The translations under genes and the position numbers were made by a program. This document shows, in pieces, positions 20,471-31,604 of a stretch of DNA of 64,000 bases (its first letter is position 1; every line of letters begins with the position of its first letter). The notes under the pieces were generated by a model. That model saw only the letters and a list, made by a program, of their open reading frames with translations. It searched no databases and had not been told where the DNA came from. The stretch comes from an uncultured Verrucomicrobiae bacterium (GTDB lineage Bacteria; Verrucomicrobiota; Verrucomicrobiia; Opitutales; JABDGR01): NCBI GenBank assembly GCA_963765205.1, contig CAVXVB010000009.1, positions 288,001 to 352,000 of the forward strand, given 5' to 3'.

Positions 20471-20929
20471 ATGAGCACTTTCAATTTAAGCGTCAACGGC
20501 GAGTCGAAGACGGTGGATGTCGAGGCGGACACGCCATTGCTGTGGGTTTTGCGCGACAGTTTGGAAATGGTCGGCACGAAATACGGTTGCGGCATTGGCA
20601 TGTGCGGCGCCTGCACCGTGCATCTTGACGGCAAGGCGCAGCGCGCCTGCCAGACCCCGATTTCGAAAGTCGGCGCGTCAAAGGTGACGACCATCGAAGG
20701 CCTCGCCAAGGACGGCAAACTGACCGCTTTGCAACAAGCCTGGTGCGACCTAGACGTGCCCCAGTGCGGCTATTGCCAGGGCGGCCAGTTGATGAGCGCG
20801 ACGGCGCTGCTCGCGGACAAGCCCCAGCCGACAGACGCGGACATTGACGCGGCGATGGCGGGCAACCTGTGCCGCTGCGCGACCTACACGCGCATTCGGG
20901 CGGCCATTCACGCGGCCGCCGCGAAATAA
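20471..20929 (+). CDS. (2Fe-2S)-binding small subunit, IorA/CoxS family, copy 1
   Basis: [28 protein letters not shown]. Confidence 0.95.
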   Translation: MSTFNLSVNGESKTVDVEADTPLLWVLRDSLEMVGTKYGCGIGMCGACTVHLDGKAQRACQTPISKVGASKVTTIEGLAKDGKLTALQQAWCDLDVPQCGYCQGGQLMSATALLADKPQPTDADIDAAMAGNLCRCATYTRIRAAIHAAAAK

Positions 20930-20965
20930 TTTCACCCCTCAACCTCCATCCACCAAGTTTATACC

Positions 20966-23104
20966 ATGAGCGCCCTCCTCGAACCCCCTCCCGCACCTCC
21001 GCCCGCCCGTGAACTGGATCGCCGCAGCTTTCTCAAGGTCAGCGCGCTGGCCGGCGGCGGGCTGATGCTTGGCAGTTACTTGCGCCTTGGCGTGGCAACG
21101 GCTGAGGCTGCGCGCGGAGGCTTTGGCGGCGGTGGGCCGTTGAACCCCAATGCCTTTGTCAAAATCACGCCCGATGGCGCCGTCACCATTGTTTCAAAAA
21201 ACCCGGAAATTGGACAGGGTATCAAGACTTCCCTGCCGATGCACATCGCGGAGGAATTGGATGTACCCTGGTCGAGTGTGACAGTCGAGCAAGCCGACGT
21301 GAGTCCCATTTTCCAAGGCCAGAATGCCGGTGGCAGCACAGCCACGCAGACCAATTATACACCCATGCGTCAAATGGGGGCGGCGGCGCGGGCGATGCTG
21401 ATTGCGGCGGCCGCGCAACAATGGGGCGTGCCTGCGGGTGAATGCACCACCGACAGCGGCACGGTCTTGCACGCGGCTTCCGGCAAGAAGGCCACTTATG
21501 GCGAACTGGCCACCGCTGCCGCGGCGATGCCGGTGCCCGCCGCCGCCAGCCTCACGCTCAAGGATCCCAAGGATTGGAAGATTTTGGGCACGCGGGTCAG
21601 CGGGGTGGATAATCCCAAGATTGTCACCGGCCAGTCGCTGTTCGGCATTGATGTCATCCAGCCCGGCATGCTGCACGCCAACTTGGTGAAATGCCCGGTT
21701 TTTGGCGGCACGGTGACGGAGGCGAATGTCAATCTTGATGAGATTAAAAAAATGCCGGGCGTGAAGGATGCGTTTCTGCTGAGCGGCAATGGCATCACCC
21801 CCGGCGTGGCGATTGTCGCCGACTCAACCTGGCGGGCCATCAGTGCGGGCAACGCCCTCAAGGCGGCGTGGGACGAAGGCTCCGGCGTCAGCCAGAACAG
21901 CCCGGGTTTTGCGGAGCAAGCCCTCGCATTGGGCAAGAGCAATCCGCCGGACACCTCCAGCCTGCCGGCCGGTGCCAAAACGGTCGAAGGCGCTTATTAT
22001 TTTCCCTATTTGTCCCACGCCACGCTCGAACCGATGAACACGACGGCGTTGTTCAAAAACGGCGCGATGGAAGTGTGGGTTCCGACCCAATCCCCCAACG
22101 CCGGTTGGGGGACCGTGCATATCCGGCGCAGCGGCGGCGGTTTTGGACGCCGGTTGAAGACGGAATATGCCAGCGAAGCGATGGCCATCGCGAGAAGGTT
22201 TGAGGGCACGCCCATCAAGCTGACTTGGACGCGCGAGCAGGACATGATGCACGACTCCTACCGGCCCGCGGCATGGCACTTTTTCAATGGCAGCGTGTCC
22301 GGCGGCAAAATTGTCGCTTGGAACGATCATTTTGTGGGCATGACCGGCGCGGGCTTTGGCGGTGGGGTGTTTCCTGATGGATTTGTGCCGGGGGCGAACA
22401 TCCAATCCAGCACGGTGCAGTGCAGCATACCGCAAGGGGCCTGGCGCGCGCCGAATGACAATGGCAATGCCTGGGCCGTGCATAGTTTCTTCGACGAACT
22501 GGCCTATGCCGCGGGGCGCGACCCGGTGGAATTGCGTTTGGAAATGCTGTCCGCCGGTGGTGGTGGCGGCCGGGGTGGCATGAGTGCCCAGCGCATGGCT
22601 GGCGCCGTGCAACTCGCCGCGCAAAAAGCCGGCTGGGGCAAAAAGCTTCCGAAAGGCCAGGGCCAGGGCATCGCGTTTTATTACAGCCATGCCGGCCACG
22701 TCGCCGTGGTGGCCGATGTCAACGTTACTCCGGATGGGGTTTTGACCGTGGACAAGCTGACTGCCGGCGTGGACGTGGGCCCGATCCTCAATGTGAGTGC
22801 CGCCGAAAACCAGGTGCAGGGCGCGATGATTGACGGCCTCGGCGCGGGCTGGTTCCTCGAAATCACGATTGATCAGGGCCGCGCGGAGCAAAATAACTTC
22901 GACGAATATCCCCTCATTACCATCGCCGACGCGCCCAAGGCGGTGGAAGTGCATTTTGCGCCCGCGGGCAACAACGGCCCGACCGGCTTGGGCGAACCGG
23001 CGCTCCCGTCCACGCTGCCCGCCGTCTGCAACGCGATTTTCGCCGCGACGGGCAAACGCATCCGCTCGCTGCCGATCTCCAAGCAAGACCTGAAATGGTC
23101 TTAA
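20966..23104 (+). CDS. molybdopterin-binding large subunit, IorB/aldehyde oxidoreductase family, Tat-exported, copy 1
   Basis: RRSFLK Tat motif, [43 protein letters not shown]. Confidence 0.93.
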   Translation: MSALLEPPPAPPPARELDRRSFLKVSALAGGGLMLGSYLRLGVATAEAARGGFGGGGPLNPNAFVKITPDGAVTIVSKNPEIGQGIKTSLPMHIAEELDVPWSSVTVEQADVSPIFQGQNAGGSTATQTNYTPMRQMGAAARAMLIAAAAQQWGVPAGECTTDSGTVLHAASGKKATYGELATAAAAMPVPAAASLTLKDPKDWKILGTRVSGVDNPKIVTGQSLFGIDVIQPGMLHANLVKCPVFGGTVTEANVNLDEIKKMPGVKDAFLLSGNGITPGVAIVADSTWRAISAGNALKAAWDEGSGVSQNSPGFAEQALALGKSNPPDTSSLPAGAKTVEGAYYFPYLSHATLEPMNTTALFKNGAMEVWVPTQSPNAGWGTVHIRRSGGGFGRRLKTEYASEAMAIARRFEGTPIKLTWTREQDMMHDSYRPAAWHFFNGSVSGGKIVAWNDHFVGMTGAGFGGGVFPDGFVPGANIQSSTVQCSIPQGAWRAPNDNGNAWAVHSFFDELAYAAGRDPVELRLEMLSAGGGGGRGGMSAQRMAGAVQLAAQKAGWGKKLPKGQGQGIAFYYSHAGHVAVVADVNVTPDGVLTVDKLTAGVDVGPILNVSAAENQVQGAMIDGLGAGWFLEITIDQGRAEQNNFDEYPLITIADAPKAVEVHFAPAGNNGPTGLGEPALPSTLPAVCNAIFAATGKRIRSLPISKQDLKWS

Positions 23105-23131
23105 ACATTTTTAACCCCAACTTTTATTCCC

Positions 23132-23590
23132 ATGAGCACATTTAATATAACGGTCAATGGCGCGGCGAAGACGGTGGACGTTGAAGATGATACGCCGCTG
23201 CTGTGGGTTTTGCGCGACAGTCTGGAAATGGTGGGCACCAAATACGGCTGCGGCATCGGCATGTGCGGCGCCTGCACCGTGCATCTTGACGGCAAGGCGC
23301 AGCGCGCCTGCCAGACGCCAATCTCGAAGGTCGGCGCCTCGAAGGTGACGACCATCGAAGGCCTCGCCAAGGACGGCAAGCTGACGGCGTTGCAACAAGC
23401 CTGGTGCGACCTCGATGTGCCCCAGTGCGGTTATTGCCAGGGCGGCCAAATCATGAGCGCGACGGCGCTTCTCGCGGACAAGCCCCAGCCGTCGGACGCG
23501 GACATTGACGCAGCGATGGCGGGCAACCTGTGCCGCTGCGCCACCTACACCCGCATCCGTGCCGCCATCCACGCCGCCGCGGCGAAGTAA
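23132..23590 (+). CDS. (2Fe-2S)-binding small subunit, copy 2
   Basis: differs from copy 1 at about 7 of 152 residues. Confidence 0.95.
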   Translation: MSTFNITVNGAAKTVDVEDDTPLLWVLRDSLEMVGTKYGCGIGMCGACTVHLDGKAQRACQTPISKVGASKVTTIEGLAKDGKLTALQQAWCDLDVPQCGYCQGGQIMSATALLADKPQPSDADIDAAMAGNLCRCATYTRIRAAIHAAAAK

Positions 23591-23608
23591 ACAATCCCTT
23601 GTAATACC

Positions 23609-25789
23609 ATGAGCGCCGTGCTGGAACCTCCTCCGTGCCGGGAACTGGATCGGCGCAGTTTTCTCAAAATCAGCGCGCTCGCCGGCGGCGGGTTGGTGAT
23701 TGGCACGTATTTGGATTTCGGCACGGCTCCGGCCGAGGCCGCGGCAGGTGGTTTCGGTGGAGCAGCCACGCCGCCTGACCCGAACGTCTTCATTAAAATT
23801 TCGCCCGACGGCAAGGTGGCGCTGATGGCCCCGAATTCTGAAATGGGCCAGGGCGCCAAGACGGCGCTGCCGATGATCATCGCCGAGGAGCTGGACGTGC
23901 CATGGTCGAGCGTGAGCGTTTATCAGGCCGACTTGAATCCGGCGTATGGCAGTCAATCCGCCGTGGGCAGCCAGTCCACCCAGGGCAATTACACCCGGCT
24001 GCGCCAGGCCGGCGCGATGGCGCGCGCGATGCTCATTGCCGCCGCCGCGCAAAAATGGGGCGTGCCCGAATCGGAATGTTCTGCCGCGCAAGGCATCGTC
24101 ACCCACACCCCGGCCGGCCAGACGGCGACTTACGGCGAACTCGCCGCGGCGGCGGCGCTCCTGCCGGTGCCGGCCAATCCGCCGCTCAAAGACCCCAAGA
24201 ATTTCAAGCTGCTCGGCACGCGCGTGCCCGGCGTGGACAACGCCAAAATTGTCACGGGCCAGCCGCTCTACGGCATTGATCAGAAACAACCAGGGATGCT
24301 TTACGCGGCGTATGTGAAATGCCCCGTCTTCGGCGGCCAGCCCGTCAGTGCCAACCTCGATGAGGTGAAAAAACTGCCCGGCGTGAAGGATGCTTTTCTG
24401 CTCGGCAATTTGGGCAGTCTCACGCCCGGTGTTGCCATTGTGGCCGACTCGACCTGGCATGCCTTTAGTGCCGGCCAAAAACTCACCGTGCAATGGGATA
24501 ATGGCGCGGGCGTCAACCAAGGCAGCGATGATTACGCCAAACAGGCGGACGCCCTCGGCCAAAGCGCGCCCGTGACACCCGCAGACGGCGCCAGGAATCT
24601 CACCGCCGTTTATCATTATCCTTTTCTCGCGCACGCGACGCTCGAGCCGCAAAACTGCACGGCGCTGTTCAAAAATGGCGTGATGGAAATGTGGTGCCCA
24701 ACGCAGGTGCCCTCGGCCGGGCAGCGTTTGGTCACGGCGGGCCTGGGCTTGGCGGCCAGCAACGTGGTGGTGCATGTGACGCGCGTCGGCGGCGGTTTTG
24801 GCCGGCGTGGCTCGAACGAGTTTTCCCTCGAAGTTGCCGCCATTGCTCAAAAATTCGCGGGCACGCCCATCAAGCTGACCTGGATGCGTGAGCATGACAT
24901 GCAGCATGATAATTACCGTTCCAATGGCTGGCATTATTTCAACGCCACGGTGGATGGTTCGGGCAAGGTCGTGGCGCTGGCGGATCATTTTGTCAAAATC
25001 CAGGGCCAGGTCGGCGGCTATGCCGGCGGCTTTCCTTTTGCCTCGGTGCCCGGCTCGAATGTCCAACAAAGCCAGATTCCCGGCAACATTCCCACCGGCT
25101 ATTGGCGCGCGCCCGGCGACAACGGCAATTGCTGGGCGGTGCAGTGTTTTGTGGACGAGTTGGCCCACGCCGCCGGGCGCGACCCGCTGGGCTTTCAGGT
25201 GGATTTGCTCGCGGCCCAGCCCGCTGCGCCGGCCGCCGGGGGCCGTGGGGGCCGCGGTGGCGGCTCGATTAGCTCCCAGCGCATGAACGCCGTCATCAAA
25301 CTCGCCGCCGAAAAAGCCGGGTGGGGCAAACAATTGCCACGCGGCCAAGGGCAGGGCTTCGCCATCAGCTCGACCAACGGTGCGTGTGTGGCCGTCATTG
25401 CCGAGGTCACAGTTACCCACGCCGGCAACTTGCATGTGGACCGGCTCGTCGCCGCCGTGGACGCGGGGCTGATTGTCAATTTAAGTTCCGCGGAAAACCA
25501 GGTGCAGGGTGCGATGATTGACGGCCTGGGCGCGGCGTGGTTCCTCAAGGTTACCATCGCGAACGGCCAGGTCGAGCAGGACAACTTCGATGAATACCCG
25601 CTGTTGAGCATGCCCGATGCGCCGACGGTCGTGGAGGCGCATTTTATTTCCACCACCGCCGCCCCGACCGGTTTGGGCGAGCCGGCACTGCCGCCCACCG
25701 CGCCTGCCGTGTGCAACGCCATCTTTGCCGCCACCGGCAAACGCATCCGCACCCTCCCCATCAGCGGCGAAGATTTGAAATGGTCGTGA
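23609..25789 (+). CDS. molybdopterin-binding large subunit, Tat-exported, copy 2
   Basis: [29 protein letters not shown] motifs. Confidence 0.93.
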   Translation: MSAVLEPPPCRELDRRSFLKISALAGGGLVIGTYLDFGTAPAEAAAGGFGGAATPPDPNVFIKISPDGKVALMAPNSEMGQGAKTALPMIIAEELDVPWSSVSVYQADLNPAYGSQSAVGSQSTQGNYTRLRQAGAMARAMLIAAAAQKWGVPESECSAAQGIVTHTPAGQTATYGELAAAAALLPVPANPPLKDPKNFKLLGTRVPGVDNAKIVTGQPLYGIDQKQPGMLYAAYVKCPVFGGQPVSANLDEVKKLPGVKDAFLLGNLGSLTPGVAIVADSTWHAFSAGQKLTVQWDNGAGVNQGSDDYAKQADALGQSAPVTPADGARNLTAVYHYPFLAHATLEPQNCTALFKNGVMEMWCPTQVPSAGQRLVTAGLGLAASNVVVHVTRVGGGFGRRGSNEFSLEVAAIAQKFAGTPIKLTWMREHDMQHDNYRSNGWHYFNATVDGSGKVVALADHFVKIQGQVGGYAGGFPFASVPGSNVQQSQIPGNIPTGYWRAPGDNGNCWAVQCFVDELAHAAGRDPLGFQVDLLAAQPAAPAAGGRGGRGGGSISSQRMNAVIKLAAEKAGWGKQLPRGQGQGFAISSTNGACVAVIAEVTVTHAGNLHVDRLVAAVDAGLIVNLSSAENQVQGAMIDGLGAAWFLKVTIANGQVEQDNFDEYPLLSMPDAPTVVEAHFISTTAAPTGLGEPALPPTAPAVCNAIFAATGKRIRTLPISGEDLKWS

Positions 25790-26433
25790 ACGACACGATC
25801 GGACTGATTCTGCTGGCCGCCGGCGGTTCCGCGCGGCTGGGCCGGCCCAAACAGTTGTTGGATTACGAAGGCCAGCCGCTGCTGCGCCGCGCCGTCGAGA
25901 CCGCGCTGGCGTCCCAATACCGGCCGGTGGTGGTCGTGCTCGGCGCGCAAGCCGAAGCCTGCGCTGCGGTTTTAGAAGGTTTGGGTGGGGACAACTTGGG
26001 CAAGGTTAGCTCGGGTAGGGACGGCGCTCCGAGCCGTCCGCTCCGCATCGTCGTCAATACGGATTGGCCGGAAGGCCTGACCAGTTCCATCCGCGCCGGC
26101 TTGGCGGCGCTTGGAAAAGAAAATCCCGCCATCACCGCGGCGATTCTCTCTGTTGCCGACCAGCCGCACCTGACCACGCCGTTGCTCGATTCGCTGATCG
26201 AGCGCCATCGCGCGACGGGCAAAAAAATCATCGCCGCGCAGTATGCCGGCGTCCCCGGCCCGCCCGCGCTTTTTTGCGCCAGCCTGTTTCCGCAACTGCT
26301 GACCCTCCGCGGCGACGAAGGCGCCCGCCGCGTGCTCCAGGCGAATCCCGGCGAAGTCGAACTCGTGCCATTTCCAGACGGCGCGCTGGATGTGGACACG
26401 CCGGAGGATTATGAAAAGCTTCAAGACGAGTGA
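25786..26433 (+). CDS. mocA: molybdenum cofactor cytidylyltransferase-like nucleotidyltransferase
   Basis: [37 protein letters not shown] overlap with the large-subunit stop. Confidence 0.85.
   Translation: MNDTIGLILLAAGGSARLGRPKQLLDYEGQPLLRRAVETALASQYRPVVVVLGAQAEACAAVLEGLGGDNLGKVSSGRDGAPSRPLRIVVNTDWPEGLTSSIRAGLAALGKENPAITAAILSVADQPHLTTPLLDSLIERHRATGKKIIAAQYAGVPGPPALFCASLFPQLLTLRGDEGARRVLQANPGEVELVPFPDGALDVDTPEDYEKLQDE
26015..26039 (+). repeat. GTAG-type REP-like palindrome inside mocA
   Basis: GTAG-GGACGGC-GCTCCGA-GCCGTCC, perfect 7-bp stem. Confidence 0.55.
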
Positions 26434-26477
26434 TGAAAAACTTGGAACCTAAATCTTTCGTTAACGTCCTTTAGGAG

Positions 26478-27047
26478 CTAGGTATCTGTACTAATTTCGT
26501 CCCATTCCTGGTTGCAGTAACCGATTAACCAATTAAACCCATAGTGCCTTTCCTGAATCACTCCCGGGTTGATTCCTTGGTAAGTAGGCAAACCGTCTCG
26601 TCGCTGCGCATTTCGCACCTCCCAATGGAGCTTGTAAACACGCTCATACTCCTCATGGATTTCATTCTCGCCTCTTAGGCAGGCAGACGAAATATAATCA
26701 TGGGTGCTGGAAAATAGTGCTGGAATGGCCGCTATTACGGGGCCCATGTCGCACAAGGCGGTCATATCATTCATCCGATCAATTTTCTTCAGGGGCCAGA
26801 ACAAGGGAACTTGCGCCTCCACTTGCCAAGTAATGTTGGCGATGGTTTTTTGGTCATGGAATTCACTTTGGAGAAAACTTTTTTCCGCCGGGCTAAGTGC
26901 GGGCCATAAGTTTTGCTCATTTAGCCAGTGTTTCAAATCGCCTTTGGAGACCCCATGAGCTGCGGAAAGCACGCAGTGAAGGACAAGAGTGCGTCGGGCC
27001 ACCTCCTCAGCCGAACGCAGTTTATTTGGGATATCATCTTCCGGCAT
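26478..27047 (-). CDS. DUF4272 family protein, low GC
   Basis: LRSAEEVARR, W.VEA...LFW, VIQERHYGFNWLIG..WDEISTDT. Confidence 0.8.
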   Translation of the reverse strand: MPEDDIPNKLRSAEEVARRTLVLHCVLSAAHGVSKGDLKHWLNEQNLWPALSPAEKSFLQSEFHDQKTIANITWQVEAQVPLFWPLKKIDRMNDMTALCDMGPVIAAIPALFSSTHDYISSACLRGENEIHEEYERVYKLHWEVRNAQRRDGLPTYQGINPGVIQERHYGFNWLIGYCNQEWDEISTDT

Positions 27048-27176
27048 GGAGTTTTACTACCAAAGCGGTCGCCAATACTCAAGATGAATGACCATGATGC
27101 AAATACACTTGAGTCGGGTGTGTAATGCTGCTTTGTAAAGGGTTGACGATTTTTCCAGATCACTTATTTTGTAGCC

Positions 27177-27338
27177 GTGAAAACGAAAACCAGCGCAACC
27201 AAGCCCCGTCGCATGAACGGCACCGCCGTCTCTCCGGCGATGTTGCGTCGTTTGCGTGTTTTGGAACGCGGACCGGGAAAAACGTTTAAGACGGCCCGTG
27301 AAGCAGTGGCTTATCTCCATGCCGTATGCGCGAAATAA
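27177..27338 (+). CDS. putative small antitoxin (53 aa, not in the ORF track)
   Basis: GTG..TAA ORF VKTKTSATKPRR...KTFKTAREAVAYLHAVCAK overlapping the toxin start; TTGACG-N16-TATTTT upstream. Confidence 0.55.
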   Translation: MKTKTSATKPRRMNGTAVSPAMLRRLRVLERGPGKTFKTAREAVAYLHAVCAK

Positions 27339-27660
27339 GGTTCACCAAAACCTTTCTTCGCAACTGGCGTGCATTGCATCGCGCTCGCTTGGTCGGTTAT
27401 GATGATTTGGACACCGTGGTTTATCTGCTCGAAAAGGGAGAACCTTTGCCTTTGGATTTTGACGATCATGCACTCACGGACAATTACGAAGGCTATCGGA
27501 ATTTCATCTTTCAGGCGATGTGGTTGTCATTTACAAGGCATCTTTACGACGTGTGACGCTGATGGATGTGGGTGGCCACGCTGCTTTGTTTGGACACCGC
27601 AAGCACAAGCGAAAAGGCGTCCCACGTCTGCCAAAGTCCAGTGAACCAGACCAGCCCTGA
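27326..27660 (+). pseudogene. yafQ: YafQ-family type II toxin (1-nt frameshift near 27500)
   Basis: LPLDFDDHALTDNYEGYR then, in the shifted frame, FHLSGDVVVIYK...VGGHAALF. Confidence 0.75.
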
Positions 27661-27713
27661 GCGCCCCCTAAATTGGCTTGTGAAAATCTGGAAATCAGGA
27701 TTGATTCATTGCC

Positions 27714-28715
27714 ATGCCTGTTTCGACCATGGCCTCGCCGGATGCCAGCGGCCGGGTGGTGGATTACCTCCGCCTCTCCGTCACCGACCGCTGCAATGAG
27801 CGCTGCCTCTATTGCATGCCGGAGGGCTACAAGGGCTGGCAGGCGCGCGAGGACACGCTGACCGACGACGAAATCATGCGGCTGGTGCGCGTGGCCGCCG
27901 GGCTGGGCTTCAAAAAATTTCGCGTCACCGGCGGCGAGCCGCTCATCCGCAAGAACATCGTGGATTTGCTCGGTCGCATTTGGGCGGAGCCGGGCGTCGA
28001 AACTCTCGGCATTTCGACCAACGGCGTCATGTTGGAAAAACTGGCCGTGCCTCTGCGCCAGGCAGGGGTGTGCGGCGTCAACGTCAGCCTGGACGCGCTC
28101 GACTCCGCCATCTACCACCGCGTCACCGGCGGCGATTTGGCGCGCGTACTGGCGGGCATCGAGGCTGCCTGTGCTGCGGGCTTTGGAAAAATCAAGTTGA
28201 ACTGCGTGCTCATGCGCGGCGTCAACGAGCAGGAAATCTGGCCGCTGGTGGAATATGCCGCCGCGCGCCACTGCCCGCTGCGCTTCATCGAACTGATGCC
28301 ACTCACCCGGCGCGACGTGCTCAATGAGAGCAATTTTTTCCCCATTGCCGAATTGATGGAGATATTGCAGGCTCGCGATGAAGTGCAGCCGGTGGACAAG
28401 GCGGGCGAGCGCATCGGCAACGGCCCCGCGCGCTATTATCGCCTGCAACGCACGGGGGCGCTCGTCGGCGTCATCGGCGCGCTGACTGAGGCGTGTTTTT
28501 GCGAGCGCTGCAACAAAATGCGCGTCACCGCCGACGGCAAGTTGCGCCCCTGCCTCGGCGACGCCCTCGAATTCGACCTGATGCCCGCCTTGCGCGGTGG
28601 CACCGACGACGACGTGACGGCTGTCTTCCTCGCCGCGCTCGCCCGTAAACCCGCCGCCCACGGGTTTCGCGACGTGTATCAACCCGCGCGTCCGATGACC
28701 GCCATCGGCGGGTAG
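27714..28715 (+). CDS. moaA: GTP 3',8-cyclase
   Basis: YLRLSVTDRCNERCLYCMP, TGGEPL, FCERCNKMRVTADGKLRPCL, C-terminal IGG. Confidence 0.97.
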   Translation: MPVSTMASPDASGRVVDYLRLSVTDRCNERCLYCMPEGYKGWQAREDTLTDDEIMRLVRVAAGLGFKKFRVTGGEPLIRKNIVDLLGRIWAEPGVETLGISTNGVMLEKLAVPLRQAGVCGVNVSLDALDSAIYHRVTGGDLARVLAGIEAACAAGFGKIKLNCVLMRGVNEQEIWPLVEYAAARHCPLRFIELMPLTRRDVLNESNFFPIAELMEILQARDEVQPVDKAGERIGNGPARYYRLQRTGALVGVIGALTEACFCERCNKMRVTADGKLRPCLGDALEFDLMPALRGGTDDDVTAVFLAALARKPAAHGFRDVYQPARPMTAIGG

Positions 28716-28854
28716 GTTTTTCCAGATTATCCAAGCCATACTTCCACTCCATGAAAAAGCTTGGTATCGTCTTCGTAGGGCGGTGTTTTTGCCCGCGCTG
28801 CTTTGCCCGGTGACGATCCCTAGCTCGGGCAAAAGCACCGCGCTACAAATCGAG

Positions 28855-29649
28855 TCACAAGGCCATCAGATGCTGATCCAACCCCCGCAGGGCGCGAATG
28901 CGGCGGGTGCGAATGGTTTCTTCCAGCCGCTCAAGGCTGGCCGGGACGTGGTCCTTGTTCAACTGGGGATGGTCGAGGTGAAACACCAAGGCTCGGCCGT
29001 AAACAAACTTGCGCTGCCGCCCTAGGTTATACAGCCGGGAGCAGAGATCACTGTCCTCGCCAATGCCCCAGCCTTCGTAAGTTTCATCGAAGCCGTTGAC
29101 GGCCAGGAGGTCATCGCGCCAGATAGCGAGGTTGCATCCGATCAGTCCGCGCTGTTCTTGATTGCGTCGAATCACCGGCACCGGCCAGCGGATGCCTTTG
29201 AGCAGGCCATGGACCTGCCCGGTGAGCATGAGTTGGGTCAAGCTGACTCGCCCGGCCAGCAGGTCGGGGACTTTTTTTTCCGCCACAAAGGCGCGCCGGC
29301 CTTGCACGAAGGTTCCTTTTTCGGCCAGGGCGAGGTGGTCGGCGACAAAGCGGCGCGCGGGCAGGCAATCGCCATCGAGAAACACCACATATTCGCCACT
29401 GGCGAGCGCCACGGCGGCATTGAGGATGCGCGTCTTGCGAAAGCCCTTATCCTCGTGCCAGGCGTGTTTCACGGCGAAGGGCGCCTGCTTCATCCATTTT
29501 TCGACGACGGCGCGCGTTGGCGCACCCGAGCCATCGTCGGCGATAATGACTTCATGCGGACGGGCGGTCGTGTCCGCCCCCAACCGGGCCAGGATGGCAT
29601 CCAGCGGCGCGGGATTATTATAGGTGCTGACAATCAGGCTGAGGCGCAT
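28855..29649 (-). CDS. glycosyltransferase family 2 (GT7-C domain)
   Basis: IADDGS, FLDGDC, VNGFDETYEGWGIGEDSDL. Confidence 0.9.
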   Translation of the reverse strand: MRLSLIVSTYNNPAPLDAILARLGADTTARPHEVIIADDGSGAPTRAVVEKWMKQAPFAVKHAWHEDKGFRKTRILNAAVALASGEYVVFLDGDCLPARRFVADHLALAEKGTFVQGRRAFVAEKKVPDLLAGRVSLTQLMLTGQVHGLLKGIRWPVPVIRRNQEQRGLIGCNLAIWRDDLLAVNGFDETYEGWGIGEDSDLCSRLYNLGRQRKFVYGRALVFHLDHPQLNKDHVPASLERLEETIRTRRIRALRGLDQHLMAL

Positions 29650-30470
29650 CAGGAGGGCGGCGGTTGGGGCAAATCTTCGGGCGGCGGGCGCGGGGCGCGC
29701 TGGTTTTGCAGGTGTTCGTAAAGGAGGGAATAACGATAGAAGGTCGCGTAGCCCATGTAACACGCGATGTAAAAGCCGGGAAAACCGTCGAGGAATCCGA
29801 ACCGCAGAACGTACCCGCGAAAAAACCGCCAGTGGGCGCGAAAGATGGCGTTGGCCGCCGACCAGCGCGCCTTGCGCTCGAGTTGCCGGCGCAGAAAGAT
29901 GTCCCCAAAATAGCCGATTTTTTGCAAATGGTCGCGCAGGCTGGGGCAGGTGTAGTGATGCAGGTCGCCGGCCAGTTTGGCCGCCGGGCCGTCCAATTCC
30001 ATTTTATCATGCTCGGAACTGCCGCCCCACTTTCCGCGCCCGCGTCGAATCAGGCGCAGGCTGTGGTCGGGATACCAGTCGCCGTGCTTGATCCAGCGGC
30101 CGAGAAACCAGACTTTGCGCGGGAAAAAGGCCCCGGCGAATTTCGCATCGTCGCGCCGCACAAATTCCCGGATGCTGGCGGCCAGCGCCTGCGAAACCTC
30201 TTCGTCGGCATCCAGGCACAAGACCCAGCGCTGCGTGGCGTAGCCGAGCGCGAGATTTTTTTGGTCGCGGTGACCCTGCCAGGGATGTTCGTAAACGCGC
30301 GCGCCATATTTTTTCGCTAGGGCGGCGGTGTCGTCCGTGCAATCGTTGATGACGACGACGATTTCTGCGGCCCACGGCGCTACACTGTCGAGGCAGCGCG
30401 GCAGGTTGGCGGCCTCGTTGCGCGCGATGAGCACAAGGCTGAGCGGCAGTTTTTCGGCGGGAGCGTTCAT
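29649..30470 (-). CDS. glycosyltransferase family 2, WaaE/KdtX-like
   Basis: ARNEAANLPRCLDSV, LDADE, GDWYPD, GFLDGFPG. Confidence 0.9.
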   Translation of the reverse strand: MNAPAEKLPLSLVLIARNEAANLPRCLDSVAPWAAEIVVVINDCTDDTAALAKKYGARVYEHPWQGHRDQKNLALGYATQRWVLCLDADEEVSQALAASIREFVRRDDAKFAGAFFPRKVWFLGRWIKHGDWYPDHSLRLIRRGRGKWGGSSEHDKMELDGPAAKLAGDLHHYTCPSLRDHLQKIGYFGDIFLRRQLERKARWSAANAIFRAHWRFFRGYVLRFGFLDGFPGFYIACYMGYATFYRYSLLYEHLQNQRAPRPPPEDLPQPPPS

Positions 30471-31495
30471 GGCTGCGCGGCCGCCGGTTTGGCGAGGGCT
30501 TGTTGGATGCGCGCCCAGACCGCGCTGGAAGTGATGGCGGCCATGCAAGGGCTGGAGGCGTGGCACTCGTGCCAGTGTCCGCTGCATGGGCAGAGGCCCC
30601 CCTGCACGACTTGGTGCAACGGCCCCAGCGGCGCCCAGCGCGAGGCCGCCGTCGGGCCGAACAACCCAATCGTCGGCACGCCCAGCCCCGCGGCGAGGTG
30701 CAATGGCGCGGTGTCGGGCGAAACAAACAGACTCGCCCGCGCGACCACCGCGAGAAACCGGTCCAAATCGAGGCCGGGCGGCAGGGTGGGCGCCTTGGGC
30801 ATAGCCCCCCATACCTCGGCGAGGAGAGCCTGTTCGCGAGCACTTGGCCCCGCCGACAGACAGACTGGTATGTCTGTCGCCCGTGCGCGGTCGAATAAAT
30901 CCACCCAATTCGAAGCCGGCCATTCCTTCTTCGGCTGGCTGGTCGAAAGATGAAATATCACCGGATGACCGGGTAAAATCTGTGCGGCCTCGGCGGCCAG
31001 GGCTGGGTTGGCCCGCACGTCCAGGCGGGGGGAGGGGGGGAAGGGGATATCCCAGGCGCTGAGGACGTGCAAATCGCGCACAATCTCGTGCCGCGTCGGG
31101 TCCGCCTCCTCGATGCCGCGTGTGTAGGCCAGCCGCCGCAGCCGGTGCCCATGGGGGGTGGTCACCCCGAGGCGCTCCTTTGCGCCAATCAAGCGGCTGA
31201 GAATCGCCCCGCGGTCGTTGCCCACGAAGTCCACGCTGCGGTCGAATTTTTCGCGCTGCAAGGCGCGGATGATGGGCCAGCTTTCAGTGAAACGCGCCCG
31301 GCCCCGCGTGCGTGGCAGCGCCCAGACTTTGTCCAGCCACGGCAAATGGCGCAGCAGCGGCGCGGCGTCCTCGGCCACCAGCGCGTGCAGCTCGGCCTCC
31401 GGCCACTGGTTGCGCAAGGCGCGCAACGCCGGCACGGCCACGACAACGTCGCCGAGGTATTTGAATTTGATGGCCAGGATTTTGAGCTTCGCCAC
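30467..31495 (-). CDS. glycosyltransferase family 9 (LPS heptosyltransferase-like)
   Basis: YLGDVV, KEWP, SPDTAPLHLAAGLGVPTIGLFGPT; GTG start inferred. Confidence 0.9.
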   Translation of the reverse strand: MAKLKILAIKFKYLGDVVVAVPALRALRNQWPEAELHALVAEDAAPLLRHLPWLDKVWALPRTRGRARFTESWPIIRALQREKFDRSVDFVGNDRGAILSRLIGAKERLGVTTPHGHRLRRLAYTRGIEEADPTRHEIVRDLHVLSAWDIPFPPSPRLDVRANPALAAEAAQILPGHPVIFHLSTSQPKKEWPASNWVDLFDRARATDIPVCLSAGPSAREQALLAEVWGAMPKAPTLPPGLDLDRFLAVVARASLFVSPDTAPLHLAAGLGVPTIGLFGPTAASRWAPLGPLHQVVQGGLCPCSGHWHECHASSPCMAAITSSAVWARIQQALAKPAAAQP

Positions 31496-31515
31496 AAGCC
31501 GGACTGTAAATGGCC

Positions 31516-31592
31516 GAATGAAAAATGCAAAAGGCAAAATGGAATGGAGAAGACAGGCCAAATTTTCCATTTTCCATTTTCCATCCTCCATT
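31516..31592. repeat. inverted heptamer arrays (AAAATGG / CCATTTT) between divergent GT9 genes
   Basis: AAAATGC AAAAGGC AAAATGG ... TTTTCCA x3; same unit as 10622-10651. Confidence 0.7.
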
Positions 31593-31604
31593 ATACGCTG
31601 CCTC

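Noticed and set aside
23111..25435. 774-aa minus-strand ORF
   Set aside because: Antisense shadow of the molybdoenzyme genes, typical of high-GC codon bias.
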